50,230 nucleotides of DNA from Flavobacteriales bacterium UBA2798 (GTDB lineage Bacteria; Bacteroidota; Bacteroidia; Flavobacteriales_D; UBA2798), in contig DEHO01000054.1 of assembly GCA_002351955.1 (NCBI GenBank), forward strand, positions 30,345 to 80,574, read 5' to 3'. Position 1 is the first letter of the stretch, and every line of letters starts with the position of its first letter. The position numbers were made by a program, and so were the translations under genes. The notes under the pieces were generated by a model. It had not been told where the DNA came from and searched no databases. It worked only from the letters and a program-made list of their open reading frames with translations. Shown one piece after another: positions 19,176-29,136 of the stretch.

Positions 19176-19958
19176 ATGAGTTATCAAAATCTGCTTTTGC
19201 GTTCTGAAAACGGCATCGCCTACCTTACAATTAATCGTCCGGATAAACTCAATGCTTTAAACAAGCAGACAATTTCGGAATTGCATACTGCGTTTTCCGC
19301 ATTGGATAAAGATGCTTCTGTCCGCGCAATTATTTTAACCGGTTCAGGAGAAAAAGCATTTGTTGCCGGAGCGGATATTTCCGAATTCGCTGCCTTTTCG
19401 ATCGATCAGGGTAAAGCGCTTAGTAAAGATGGTCACGACCAGCTTTTCGATTTTGTGGAACGACTGGGCACACCGGTTATCGCCGCTGTAAATGGCTTTG
19501 CTCTGGGTGGTGGATTGGAATTGGCCATGAGTTGCCACGTTCGTGTAGCTTCGAATAATGCAAAAATGGGATTGCCTGAAGTGTCTTTGGGAGTTATTCC
19601 GGGCTATGGAGGCACACAGCGATTGGCGCAGTTGATTGGTCGTGGTAAAGCATTTGAATTGATTTTTACTGCAGGTATGATCTCTGCTGCAGAGGCGATA
19701 CAATGGGGTTTGGTGAATCATGTTACTACACCGGCAGAACTGCTGGCAAAGTGTGAAGAGATTGCTTTTAAAATCATTAAAAATTCTCCTTCTGCCATTG
19801 CAAGCGCTATTCGTGCGGTTAATGCCGGTTTTGCGGATGGTGTAAACGGATATCAGGCGGAAATCGATGAATTCGGAAAGTGTTTCGGTACCGGTGATTT
19901 TAAAGAAGGAACAACAGCTTTTCTTGAAAAAAGAAAACCACAGTTTTCAGGTAAATAA
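19176..19958 (+). CDS. enoyl-CoA hydratase/isomerase family protein (crotonase)
   Basis: Crotonase signatures AFVAGADISEF, VNGFALGGGLELAMSCH and GLPEVSLGVIPGYGGTQRL, with both catalytic Glu positions present. Confidence 0.9.
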   Translation: MSYQNLLLRSENGIAYLTINRPDKLNALNKQTISELHTAFSALDKDASVRAIILTGSGEKAFVAGADISEFAAFSIDQGKALSKDGHDQLFDFVERLGTPVIAAVNGFALGGGLELAMSCHVRVASNNAKMGLPEVSLGVIPGYGGTQRLAQLIGRGKAFELIFTAGMISAAEAIQWGLVNHVTTPAELLAKCEEIAFKIIKNSPSAIASAIRAVNAGFADGVNGYQAEIDEFGKCFGTGDFKEGTTAFLEKRKPQFSGK

Positions 19959-19963
19959 TCAGG

Positions 19964-19985
19964 AGGCCGGTTTTCCGGCCTTTTT
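19964..19985 (+). terminator. rho-independent terminator
   Basis: AGGCCGG-TTTT-CCGGCCT forms a 7-bp GC-rich stem with a 4-nt loop, followed by TTTT. It lies directly after the stop at 19958. Confidence 0.7.
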
Positions 19986-19990
19986 CAGGT

Positions 19991-21499
19991 ATGAGTGTAT
20001 TACGTAAACTGGCATCACAAACCGCAATCTATGGATTGAGCTCCATCGTTGCCCGTTTTCTGAATTATCTCCTAACACCGTTACACACCAGTAAATCCGT
20101 TTTCTCCGAAAGCGAATACGGGGTGATCAGCGAAATGTATGCTTATGTTGCTTTCCTGATTATTTTCCTGACCTACGGAATGGAAACTGCATTTTTCAGG
20201 TTTTATTCCAAAGAGGAAAACGACAAAAGATCTGTTTTTACCACCACGTTCTGGACACTCTTCGTAAGCAGTTCGCTGTTCATATTTGTAGCGGTTCTGT
20301 TTAGCGGTTCCATAGCCGGATTACTCGATTACAGCAATCATCCCGAATACATTGTTTGGTTTGCAGTAGTGGTGGGACTGGATGCTCTTTCTTCAATTCC
20401 CATGGCCTACCTGCGCGCCGAGGGAAAGGCCATGCGTTTTGCAATGGTGAACATTATCAGTGTTGCTGTAAATATTTTACTCAATTTGTTTTTTCTTGCC
20501 TATTGTATGCCCATTGTAAAGAGCGGAAATGCAAACTGGCTTACCGATACATTTTATAATCCTGCTATTGGTGTTGGTTATGTTTTCATTGCTAACCTGG
20601 CTTCGAGTATTGTTAAGTTTATTTTATTGTCGCCTGAAATTGCGCGTTCTTTTTCGCGGTTCAGTTTTTCATTGCTGGAAAAGATGTTGTTGTTTGGCTT
20701 ACCACTTATGATAGCCGGTTTTGCCGGAATGATCAATGAAACGATCGACAGAATTCTGCTCAAGAAAATACTAAGCGAACCACTCGGTACTGATGGCGCT
20801 TTAGCTCAGGTGGGAATTTACAGCGCGGTTTATAAATTGTCAATCATCATTACTCTCTTTATCCAGGCTTTTCGGTACGCTGCCGAACCGTTCTTTTTTG
20901 CTCAGGAAAAAGAAAAAAATTCCGGAACGATCTACGCCCGGGTAATGAATTATTTTGTGATCGTGTGCGCAGTGATTTTTTTAGGTGTAATGCTCTACAT
21001 TGATGTGCTCAAACATTTTGTTCCTAATCAGGCTTACTGGAATGCTTTACATATCGTTCCTGTTTTGCTGTTTGCAAATATCTTTTTGGGAATTTATTAT
21101 AACCAAAGCATCTGGTACAAACTCAGCGGAAGAACAATGTACGGTGCATGGATTGCAGTTTTTGGTGCAATACTAACATTGGTGCTAAACGTGATTTTAA
21201 TTCCTGTATTTGGCTTTGTTGGATCAGCCTGGACCACTTTTGCCTGTTACGGAAGCATGATGGTTCTTTCTTATTTTCTCGGTCGCCGGTTTTATCCCGT
21301 TCCCTATAAAGTAGGGAAAGTTTTTTTCTATTTGACCATGGCTTTTGCTATGTATTATGGATCAACATTTATTCCCATCGGATGGGGATGGGAAAGAGCA
21401 ATTATTCATTCGTTCATTCTGGGAGTGTATATGGCCATGATCTGGTTCATTGAACGCCCTTTAAAAAATCTGAATTCGCATGAAAGTCAAAGTCATTAA
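19991..21499 (+). CDS. MOP-superfamily polysaccharide/oligosaccharide flippase (Wzx-like)
   Basis: 502 aa, about 14 predicted TM helices, with the N-terminal pattern [25 protein letters not shown] typical of polysaccharide biosynthesis (flippase) proteins. Confidence 0.7.
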   Translation: MSVLRKLASQTAIYGLSSIVARFLNYLLTPLHTSKSVFSESEYGVISEMYAYVAFLIIFLTYGMETAFFRFYSKEENDKRSVFTTTFWTLFVSSSLFIFVAVLFSGSIAGLLDYSNHPEYIVWFAVVVGLDALSSIPMAYLRAEGKAMRFAMVNIISVAVNILLNLFFLAYCMPIVKSGNANWLTDTFYNPAIGVGYVFIANLASSIVKFILLSPEIARSFSRFSFSLLEKMLLFGLPLMIAGFAGMINETIDRILLKKILSEPLGTDGALAQVGIYSAVYKLSIIITLFIQAFRYAAEPFFFAQEKEKNSGTIYARVMNYFVIVCAVIFLGVMLYIDVLKHFVPNQAYWNALHIVPVLLFANIFLGIYYNQSIWYKLSGRTMYGAWIAVFGAILTLVLNVILIPVFGFVGSAWTTFACYGSMMVLSYFLGRRFYPVPYKVGKVFFYLTMAFAMYYGSTFIPIGWGWERAIIHSFILGVYMAMIWFIERPLKNLNSHESQSH

Positions 21500-21911
21500 T
21501 CGTTCCAAACATTCGCTCCCTTCATACGAAACCATCGGTTCGGCTGGAATGGATCTACGTGCCAATATTGCAGAACCTATTGTGTTGAAACCACTAGAAC
21601 GTAAACTGGTTCCAACCGGATTGTTTATTGAGTTGCCAATCGGAACAGAAGCCCAGGTTAGACCGCGGTCCGGACTTGCATTGAAAAAAGGCATCACTGT
21701 TTTGAACTCACCTGGTACCGTTGATGCGGATTACCGTGGAGAGATTGGTGTAATACTTGTTAACCTTTCCAATGAAGATTTTATTATCAACGATGGCGAA
21801 CGTATTGCGCAAATGGTGATAGCGCGCCATGAACGTGCCGAATGGGAGCAAAGTGAATCACTCGAAGACTCGCAGCGGGGAGCAGGCGGATTTGGTAGTA
21901 CCGGTGTGTAA
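21480..21911 (+). CDS. dut: dUTP diphosphatase
   Basis: 143 aa with dUTPase motifs [31 protein letters not shown] and GERIAQMV, and a C-terminal [10 protein letters not shown]. Confidence 0.95.
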   Translation: MKVKVINRSKHSLPSYETIGSAGMDLRANIAEPIVLKPLERKLVPTGLFIELPIGTEAQVRPRSGLALKKGITVLNSPGTVDADYRGEIGVILVNLSNEDFIINDGERIAQMVIARHERAEWEQSESLEDSQRGAGGFGSTGV

Positions 21912-23701
21912 TGCAAACATTGCGTGAAGTAGTCCTTTCACTCCCCGCCAATCCGGGAGTTTATCAGTATTTCGATGCTGATGGAAAACTTCTTTACGTT
22001 GGAAAAGCAAAAAACCTCAAAAAGAGAGTAAGCTCCTACTTCAACAAGGAACATGATAATGCACGTATCGCCATCATGGTCCAGAAAATTACGGAAGTAA
22101 AGGTTGTGGTGACAGAAACCGAACTGGATGCGCTGTTACTCGAAAATAATCTGATCAAGAATCTTCGTCCGCGTTATAACGTTTTATTACGCGATGATAA
22201 AACCTATCCCTGGATCGTTATTCGAAGGGAGGCTTTCCCCAGAGTTAGTTATACCCGAAACAAGGACCGCGACGGATCGGAATATTTTGGGCCTTATGCC
22301 AATACAAAATCGATGCATGCACTGCTTGATCTCATCAGACAGATGTATCCATTACGAACCTGTACCCTTCCTTTGTCACAGGAGAATATAGCCAAGCAAA
22401 AATTTAAGATCTGTCTTGAGTTTCAGATTGGTAATTGCATGGGGCCTTGCGAAGGCAAACAATCCGAAGCCGATTACAATGAAATGATTGCGGATATCCG
22501 TAGAATCATCAGAGGAAATACAGGTGATGTTTTGAGGGAGCTGCGCGAACGGATGAAGCGTTTCAGTGAAGAAATGCTGTTTGAAAAGGCACAGATCATT
22601 AAGGAGAAAATCGATTCACTGGAAAACTATAAATCGAAATTCACGGTTGTCTCTGCGACGGTAACGGATGTGGATGTCTTTACCATTGTAGCCGATGATA
22701 AGTTTGGCTACGTGAATTATTTTAAGGTGATAGACGGTGCCATTGTTCAGAGCCATACGCTGGAAATGAAAAAAATGCTCGATGAATCCAACGAAGAATT
22801 ACTGCGGATTGCAATAACTGAACTGCGGCAAAAATTTCAGAGCGAGTCGCGCGAAATTGTGATTCCGTTTGAGTTGGAGTATGGTGATCTTGTTGTTACT
22901 GTTCCGCAACGTGGGGATAAAAAGCAATTGCTTGAATTGTCGGAGCGAAATGCACGTTATTACATGATGGATAAACACCGTCAGGAAAGCGTAAAAGATC
23001 CTGAACGCAACGTTGAACGGATCATGGAGACCATGAAAAAAGATCTGCGTCTTACTGAACAGCCACGTCATATCGAGTGTTTTGATAACTCGAATATTCA
23101 GGGCACCAATCCTGTTTCAGCATGTGTGGTGTTTCGCGACGGAAAACCGAGTAAAAGGGAATACCGTCATTTTAATGTGCGTACAGTTGAAGGTCCAAAT
23201 GATTTTGCAACAATGGAGGAAGTGATTTTCCGGAGATATTCGCGCTTAATTGAGGAAAAACAGGAATTGCCTCAGCTGATCATTATCGACGGTGGTAAAG
23301 GTCAGTTAGGAGCTGCTTTGAACAGTATTGATAAATTGGGATTACGAGGGAAGATTGCAGTGATAGGAATTGCAAAAAGACTGGAGGAGATTTATTATCC
23401 CGGAGATAATTTACCAATGTATATCGATAAGCGATCAGAATCCTTAAAGATCATTCAGCACCTGCGCAATGAAGCGCATCGTTTTGGAATTACCCATCAT
23501 CGCAACCGCAGAAGTAAAGGCGCAGTAAAGAGCGAATTACTGGAGATAGATGGAATCGGAGAAAAAACAATGCAGGATCTTATTCGTAAGTTCAAATCAA
23601 TAAAACGCCTGAAAGAAGCTGCAGAAAACGAAATTGCAGAAGTTGTTGGGCCTGCAAAGGCGAAGATACTTGTTGCGTACTTTACTGATAACAAGGAATA
23701 G
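21911..23701 (+). CDS. uvrC: excinuclease ABC subunit C
   Basis: GIY-YIG N-terminus (PGVYQYFDADGKLLYVGKAKNLKKRV), a UvrBC-interaction region, an endonuclease V-like domain and a C-terminal (HhH)2 (IDGIGEKTMQDLIRKF). The ATG overlaps the dut stop as TAATG. Confidence 0.95.
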   Translation: MQTLREVVLSLPANPGVYQYFDADGKLLYVGKAKNLKKRVSSYFNKEHDNARIAIMVQKITEVKVVVTETELDALLLENNLIKNLRPRYNVLLRDDKTYPWIVIRREAFPRVSYTRNKDRDGSEYFGPYANTKSMHALLDLIRQMYPLRTCTLPLSQENIAKQKFKICLEFQIGNCMGPCEGKQSEADYNEMIADIRRIIRGNTGDVLRELRERMKRFSEEMLFEKAQIIKEKIDSLENYKSKFTVVSATVTDVDVFTIVADDKFGYVNYFKVIDGAIVQSHTLEMKKMLDESNEELLRIAITELRQKFQSESREIVIPFELEYGDLVVTVPQRGDKKQLLELSERNARYYMMDKHRQESVKDPERNVERIMETMKKDLRLTEQPRHIECFDNSNIQGTNPVSACVVFRDGKPSKREYRHFNVRTVEGPNDFATMEEVIFRRYSRLIEEKQELPQLIIIDGGKGQLGAALNSIDKLGLRGKIAVIGIAKRLEEIYYPGDNLPMYIDKRSESLKIIQHLRNEAHRFGITHHRNRRSKGAVKSELLEIDGIGEKTMQDLIRKFKSIKRLKEAAENEIAEVVGPAKAKILVAYFTDNKE

Positions 23702-23790
23702 AAGCCATTCAAAGGGGAATTCTACCGTCTTTCCGGTTTTATTCATCAGGAATTACTTTTTCACGTATTTTGTTTAAAGATTCATCTGCT

Positions 23791-26205
23791 ATGAAAAAGT
23801 TATTTTTCTTTTTAGTTCTGGTTTCTGTTTCCGGAATCATCAACGCTCAACTTGCGCAACCCTATCAGAGTCCACCCAAGGAAATTCTGGATCTGGTCGA
23901 TATACAACCAACGCCAATGGTTAGGGTTTCTTCAAAGGGTTCCTATATGGTCTTGTTGGAGCGGTACGTTTTCAAAACCCTCGAAGAACTCTCGGAAGAG
24001 GAATTGCGCCTGGCAGGATTGCGTATCAATCCCCGTAATTTTGGCCCTTCCCGTGCTAACTACGCGCATTCCCTCCGCATCATGAACATGAACACCGGAA
24101 AAGCGATCACAGTGAATGGAGCGCCTTCCAATGCGCGTATTGGCTCTCTTTCCATTTCTAGGGACGAAAAATATGCTGCATTTACCAATACAACTGCCGA
24201 GCGTATCGAGTTATGGATCATGGAGCTGGTCAGTGGTAAATGCACTTTACTAACATCCGGTCTTGCAGTGAATGCTGTATTGGGATCGCCGTATTCCTGG
24301 TCGTCGGATAATAAAGGACTCTATTGCAAACTCGTCACCGATCAGGTTCCGCTGAGTTCCATTTACCGCAAACCACTTCCTGAAGGACCGGTAGTGCAGG
24401 TTTCGGGAGGGAAAAAAGCGCCGGTGCGTACGTTTCAGGATTTGTTACGCAACAAAAACGATGAAAAATTATTCGAGTCGTTCGCTGCATCCGAATTAGT
24501 GTATTTCGGAGTGGATGGTTCCCGACGCAAGTTCGCTTCACGTGGAATGTACTATTCTGCCGATGAATCTCCCGATGGAAAATTTGTTTTACTTACTTCC
24601 ATTCAATATCCGTTTTCTTACATCGTTCAGCTCGATCGTTTTCCGGTAAGTTATGCAGTGCATGAAGCATCCGGGAAATTCCTGAACGAGTTTTACCGCA
24701 AACCGCTTATTGAAGAATTACCAAATGGATTTGATGCGGTAGAAACCGGCAAGCGTGATATCGAATGGAGAAACGATCAGAATGCCACACTCGTTTGGGT
24801 GGAAGCACAGGATGGCGGTGATCCTGCAAAAGAAGTTGCGATTCGCGATCATGTATACCAGGTCGAAGCTCCCTTTACCGGTGCTCCGCAATTGCTGGCA
24901 ACAACCGAATTGCGTTTTTCAGGACTGAGTTTCGGAAACGCATCCATGATGCTGGTGCGCGAAAACTGGTGGAAATCGCGACGGACAAAAACAACGATGG
25001 TCGATCCGACAAGCAAATCAAAACCCAAAGTCATTTTTGATCGCTCCGAGGAAGATGTGTATAACGATCCCGGAAATTTTTTGATGGATTACAATGAAAA
25101 CGGGCACTATGTGTTGCGTACTTCAAAGGACAAAAAGAAATTGTACCTCAGCGGACAAGGTTATTCTCCTGCAGGGAATCGTCCTTTTCTGGATGAATAC
25201 ACCATTGCCGACGGAAAACGCAAACGCCTCTGGCAGGCGGATGGAAAAACCACCTATGAAAACATTGCTACAGTTTTCGATCCGGAAAAGCAGATCATGC
25301 TCACTACGGTTGAATCGCCGGAGATGAATCCCAACTTTTACCTGCGCAGCGGGAAGTCGGCGAAAAAGATCACCAATTTCCCGAACCCCTATGCCAGTTT
25401 TATGGGCGTTACCAAGCAACGTATTTTTTACAAGCGCAAGGACGGAGTAGACCTTTCGGCTACCTTGTATTTACCCAAGGGCTACGATAAAGTGAAAGAT
25501 GGTCCGCTCCCTGTTGTTATGTGGGCCTATCCGCGCGAGTTTAAAGACAAAGCACAAGCCGGCCAGGTGAAGGAGTCGCCGCATCGTTTTGCGCAGATCA
25601 ATTACGGATCTCCCGTGTATTGGGCCATGCGTGGTTATGCCATTCTCGACAATACAGATTTCCCCATTGTGGGCGAAGGAAAAACAGAACCCAACGATTC
25701 GTTTATCGAACAACTCGTAGCCAACGCCGAAGCAGCCATCAATACACTGGCAGAAATGGGTGTGGGCGACAGAAAACGTGTGGCGATTGGCGGACATTCC
25801 TACGGTGCATTCATGACGGCAAATCGCATGGCGCATTGCGATCTCTTTGCCGCGGGAATTGCACGCAGTGGTGCTTACAACCGAACACTGACTCCATTCG
25901 GATTTCAAGCTGAGGAACGCACGTTCTGGGAAGCGAAAAAAGTGTACATGGAGATGTCGCCTTTTTATTTCGCTGAAAAGATCAATGAACCTCTTCTTCT
26001 CATTCACGGAGATGCCGATAACAATCCCGGCACATTCACCCTGCAAAGCGAACGTTTGTTTGCAGCCATTAAAGGACTGGGAGGAACGGCACGATTGGTA
26101 TTGTTGCCCTACGAAAGCCACGGCTACTCTGCCCGCGAAAACATACTTCACATGCTCTGGGAACAAGACCAGTGGCGGGAGGCTTATGTGAAGAATAAGA
26201 AGTGA
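23791..26205 (+). CDS. S9 family (prolyl oligopeptidase-type) serine peptidase, secreted
   Basis: Signal peptide MKKLFFFLVLVSVSGIINAQ and an N-terminal propeller-like region. The C-terminal alpha/beta hydrolase carries the Ser motif GGHSYGAFM, an Asp in LLIHGDADNN and a His in ESHGY. I prefer ATG 23791 over the TTG at 23770. Confidence 0.88.
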   Translation: MKKLFFFLVLVSVSGIINAQLAQPYQSPPKEILDLVDIQPTPMVRVSSKGSYMVLLERYVFKTLEELSEEELRLAGLRINPRNFGPSRANYAHSLRIMNMNTGKAITVNGAPSNARIGSLSISRDEKYAAFTNTTAERIELWIMELVSGKCTLLTSGLAVNAVLGSPYSWSSDNKGLYCKLVTDQVPLSSIYRKPLPEGPVVQVSGGKKAPVRTFQDLLRNKNDEKLFESFAASELVYFGVDGSRRKFASRGMYYSADESPDGKFVLLTSIQYPFSYIVQLDRFPVSYAVHEASGKFLNEFYRKPLIEELPNGFDAVETGKRDIEWRNDQNATLVWVEAQDGGDPAKEVAIRDHVYQVEAPFTGAPQLLATTELRFSGLSFGNASMMLVRENWWKSRRTKTTMVDPTSKSKPKVIFDRSEEDVYNDPGNFLMDYNENGHYVLRTSKDKKKLYLSGQGYSPAGNRPFLDEYTIADGKRKRLWQADGKTTYENIATVFDPEKQIMLTTVESPEMNPNFYLRSGKSAKKITNFPNPYASFMGVTKQRIFYKRKDGVDLSATLYLPKGYDKVKDGPLPVVMWAYPREFKDKAQAGQVKESPHRFAQINYGSPVYWAMRGYAILDNTDFPIVGEGKTEPNDSFIEQLVANAEAAINTLAEMGVGDRKRVAIGGHSYGAFMTANRMAHCDLFAAGIARSGAYNRTLTPFGFQAEERTFWEAKKVYMEMSPFYFAEKINEPLLLIHGDADNNPGTFTLQSERLFAAIKGLGGTARLVLLPYESHGYSARENILHMLWEQDQWREAYVKNKK

Positions 26206-26240
26206 ATTATTTAAAACCACTTCCTCCTTCGGCGGACTAG

Positions 26241-26304
26241 AAGGCACTAAGCGCACTTAGAACCACAAAGAAACTTAGTGAACCTTTGTGTCCTTAGTGC
26301 CTTA
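26241..26304. other. nested inverted repeats in a convergent intergenic region (terminator-like or REP-like)
   Basis: A perfect 11-bp inverted repeat AAGGCACTAAG (26241..26251) / CTTAGTGCCTT (26294..26304) encloses an inner CACAAAG (26264..26270) / CTTTGTG (26284..26290) pair. The words CACTAAG/CACTTAG/CTTAGTG recur four times. Confidence 0.5.
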
Positions 26305-26318
26305 ATGGTGAAAGAAAA

Positions 26319-27320
26319 TCAGGATAATTGGTCCGTCAAAATTCTCACCTCAACAGCGGGAGCAATTTTTTCGTAAAGGATATTGTACACGCACTGCACA
26401 ATGGGAATTTCCACATTGTAGTTCTTGTTCATCTCCACAATGCTTTTTACGGCATAATACCCTTCTGCAATCATTTCCATTTCGAGTTGCGCAGCTTTAA
26501 CGGAGTATCCTTTTCCAATCATATAGCCGAACGTCCGGTTGCGCGAAAATTTAGAATAGGCGGTTACCAATAAATCTCCGAGATAAGCACTCGATTTTAC
26601 GTCGCGGTGTATGGGATGAACGGCATCAATAAAACGCGCGAGTTCCACCGATGCATTCGAAATGAGCACAGCCTGGAAATTATCACCGAAACCGAGTCCG
26701 CCGCAAATTCCTGAAGCAATGGCGTAAATGTTTTTAAGTACTGCAGATAATTCCGTACCGAACAGATCATCCGAAACCGTTGTGCGGATATACCGGCAAG
26801 CCAGCAGGTCGGCCATGTGTTGTGCAACCGATGTATCGCTGCAACCAATGGTGAGGTAACTCAATCGCTCGAGAGCCACTTCCTCGGCATGACAGGGTCC
26901 GCAAATGATTCCGATTTTCTCGTAGGGTACCTGCAGCTGTTCTTTGAAATAGGTAGCAGGAATGGCGTTGTATTCGGGAACCATTCCCTTGATGGCAGAA
27001 AAAATAATTTTTCCTTTGAAATTCTCTGCAGGATATTTTTGGAACACCGAATGCAAAAACGCAGCGGGTGTTGCCATAATTAAAATATCGCATTTTGGAA
27101 TGATATCCTCCAGTCGGTTGGTAACTACCAATTGACCGGGGTTGAATTCAACCGACTGCAAATAGCGTGGATTATGATGGAAATTACGAATATGGTCCAC
27201 ACTTTCTTTCTTGTGAACCCACCAATAAACAGTATCAACCTGATTGCATAATAATTTGACGATCGCTGTTCCCCAGCTACCTCCGCCAATAACCCCTATT
27301 TTCACCTGCTTTGCATTCAT
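26319..27320 (-). CDS. gpsA: NAD(P)H-dependent glycerol-3-phosphate dehydrogenase
   Basis: Rossmann motif VIGGGSWGTA, with GpsA-type internal segments (KG...IPA, GPCHAEEV, NxxAxxxG) and typical length (333 aa). Confidence 0.9.
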   Translation of the reverse strand: MNAKQVKIGVIGGGSWGTAIVKLLCNQVDTVYWWVHKKESVDHIRNFHHNPRYLQSVEFNPGQLVVTNRLEDIIPKCDILIMATPAAFLHSVFQKYPAENFKGKIIFSAIKGMVPEYNAIPATYFKEQLQVPYEKIGIICGPCHAEEVALERLSYLTIGCSDTSVAQHMADLLACRYIRTTVSDDLFGTELSAVLKNIYAIASGICGGLGFGDNFQAVLISNASVELARFIDAVHPIHRDVKSSAYLGDLLVTAYSKFSRNRTFGYMIGKGYSVKAAQLEMEMIAEGYYAVKSIVEMNKNYNVEIPIVQCVYNILYEKIAPAVEVRILTDQLS

Positions 27321-27664
27321 GACCTGACGAATGTACGAAATCAGTTGATTTTCTTAAGTGCTTCATTCTCAAAATCGAAAATTTTCAGAAAACGACGTTC
27401 GTCCTAAATTTGAGCATTTGCAAACACCTTCGCGCATATTTCCTGCATATTTGTATTGGAAAACTACTGCAGACTGAACTAAGAAAATTCCATTCTTGGG
27501 CTTTTTCGCTTTTTTGAAGGTATTAAGGGCTTTCGGTGCCTCGTACGTTCTTTCCTCATTCGCCATGCAATGGGGTGCCGGAAGCCTTCTCTTTCCTAAA
27601 CGATTTGTTAAAACATGAGGCACCCCGCAAATCTGTGGTAGGTTCGCCATAGAAATTTATTCCC

Positions 27665-28978
27665 ATGAAAAACAGATTGTACCTCGTCGCACTATTCCTT
27701 GTGCATTCACTCCTAACAATTGCACAGACAAAGGAAATGAAAGTCAACTTAAATGAAAGCGGCACTCATTTTATTAAGGCAACGTTTTTAAATCAAGTCT
27801 GGCTTCGTTTTAATGAGAGCAATCCCGGAACTATGGTTTTGGGAAAGGAAGCGCCACAAACATTTGATATCGGATTACGAAGAACACGCATGCAGCTTTA
27901 CGGAAGAATTTCGGACCGGATGTTTTTTTATACGCAGTTTGGGATGAATAATTTTAATTATCTCTCGCAGAATGCAGGCAACAGAAAGCTTCAGGCATTT
28001 TTTCACGATGCATTGGGTGAGTATATTATTCACGAAGGAAAAAACACAATGAAAGCAGGTGCAGGACTAACAATTTGTAATGGTCTTTCCCGTTTTTCGC
28101 AACCTTCCATTGGTACTATTTTAACACTTGATGTTCCGGTTTTTGCACAGGCTACCGTAGATCAAACCGACGAATTCAGCAGGAAATTATCTGTTTACCT
28201 TCGCGGTCAATGGGGAAAATTGGATTACCGTCTGATTCTTAGCGATCCTTTTCCAATCACCACATCAGGTGGAGCAGTTCCTTCATTGGGGGCGGATGCA
28301 AATTTTACTCCGGTTGGTCATCATCATCAGTACCAGGCTTATTTAAGTTACAATTTTCTGGATCGGGAATCGCATGTTACTCCATACATGACCGGTACTT
28401 ATCTTGGCAAAAAGAAGATTTTTAACCTGGAGGGCGGTGCCATCAGTCAAAAAAACGCAACCTGGAGCAGCAATGGAACAGATACTGCTTTTCACAATAT
28501 GTTACTGTGGTCGGTGGCAGCTTTTCTTGATCTTCCACTGAACAGCGAAAAGGGGACGGCAATCTCTGCCTATGCAGGTTATTTCAATACCGATTACGGA
28601 CCAAACTACACGCGTAACAATGGACCAATGAATCCGGGACAATCTGTTAATGCGAATGGAACGTTTAATGGAACAGGAAGTGCATATCCTATGTTTGGCA
28701 CAGGATCGGTGGTATATGCACAGGCCGGTTACCTCATGCGTAAGGATCTGTTGGGAAGTTTAGGCACCCTATTGCCTTACGCTTCTGTTCAAACCGGTAT
28801 TTTGCAGAAACTAAATGATCCGGTTGTTGTTTTGGATGCAGGACTCAATTGGCTGATCGACGGACATGCGCAAAAACTGACATTGGGCTGGCAGCAACGT
28901 CCTGTGTTTGATCAGACCATTCACCAGGTAAAGAGTCATCGCAACATGGTGGTTTTGCAGTATCAGGTGAATATCTGA
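27665..28978 (+). CDS. putative outer-membrane beta-barrel porin
   Basis: Signal peptide MKNRLYLVALFLVHSLLTIAQ, with alternating hydrophobic/aromatic beta-strand patterns throughout and Gly/Asn/Tyr-rich loops. The family was not identified. Confidence 0.45.
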   Translation: MKNRLYLVALFLVHSLLTIAQTKEMKVNLNESGTHFIKATFLNQVWLRFNESNPGTMVLGKEAPQTFDIGLRRTRMQLYGRISDRMFFYTQFGMNNFNYLSQNAGNRKLQAFFHDALGEYIIHEGKNTMKAGAGLTICNGLSRFSQPSIGTILTLDVPVFAQATVDQTDEFSRKLSVYLRGQWGKLDYRLILSDPFPITTSGGAVPSLGADANFTPVGHHHQYQAYLSYNFLDRESHVTPYMTGTYLGKKKIFNLEGGAISQKNATWSSNGTDTAFHNMLLWSVAAFLDLPLNSEKGTAISAYAGYFNTDYGPNYTRNNGPMNPGQSVNANGTFNGTGSAYPMFGTGSVVYAQAGYLMRKDLLGSLGTLLPYASVQTGILQKLNDPVVVLDAGLNWLIDGHAQKLTLGWQQRPVFDQTIHQVKSHRNMVVLQYQVNI

Positions 28979-29087
28979 TTTTTCAGATGGCAAAACGACT
29001 TAGTATGATATCTTGCGAGAATTTTCTTCCGGGAAAATTCAATGCATTAAATATCCTTTGATTTTACCGGAGAAAATCGATTCGAAT

Positions 29088-29120
29088 AAAAAGGGCTGCT
29101 CTTTAAAGAGCAGCCCTTTT
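29088..29120. terminator. bidirectional rho-independent terminator
   Basis: AAAAAGGGCTGCTC-TTTAAA-GAGCAGCCCTTTT forms a perfect GC-rich 9-bp stem flanked by an A-tract and a T-tract. It lies between the convergent porin (+) and RCC1 (-) genes. Confidence 0.85.
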
Positions 29121-29136
29121 CGATTGGCAATTGAAT

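Noticed and set aside
25471-26256. 261-aa minus-strand ORF
   Set aside because: It lies almost entirely antisense to the well-supported S9 peptidase gene. Its translation is Cys/Arg/His-rich with no recognisable motif and it starts in the intergenic spacer. I treat it as a shadow ORF.
27369-27650. 93-aa minus-strand ORF in the gpsA/porin intergenic region
   Set aside because: Its basic, low-complexity translation has no signal or motif and no promoter box. The region is better explained as a divergent promoter or leader.
27535-27650. Resemblance to a cobalamin riboswitch core (CCCGCAA.CTGT) or to the SRP RNA CCGGAAG loop
   Set aside because: No B12-box equivalent could be found. The GGAA loop is not closed by complementary bases as in 4.5S RNA. 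The downstream gene is a porin rather than a B12 transporter. I kept it only as an unclassified candidate leader structure.
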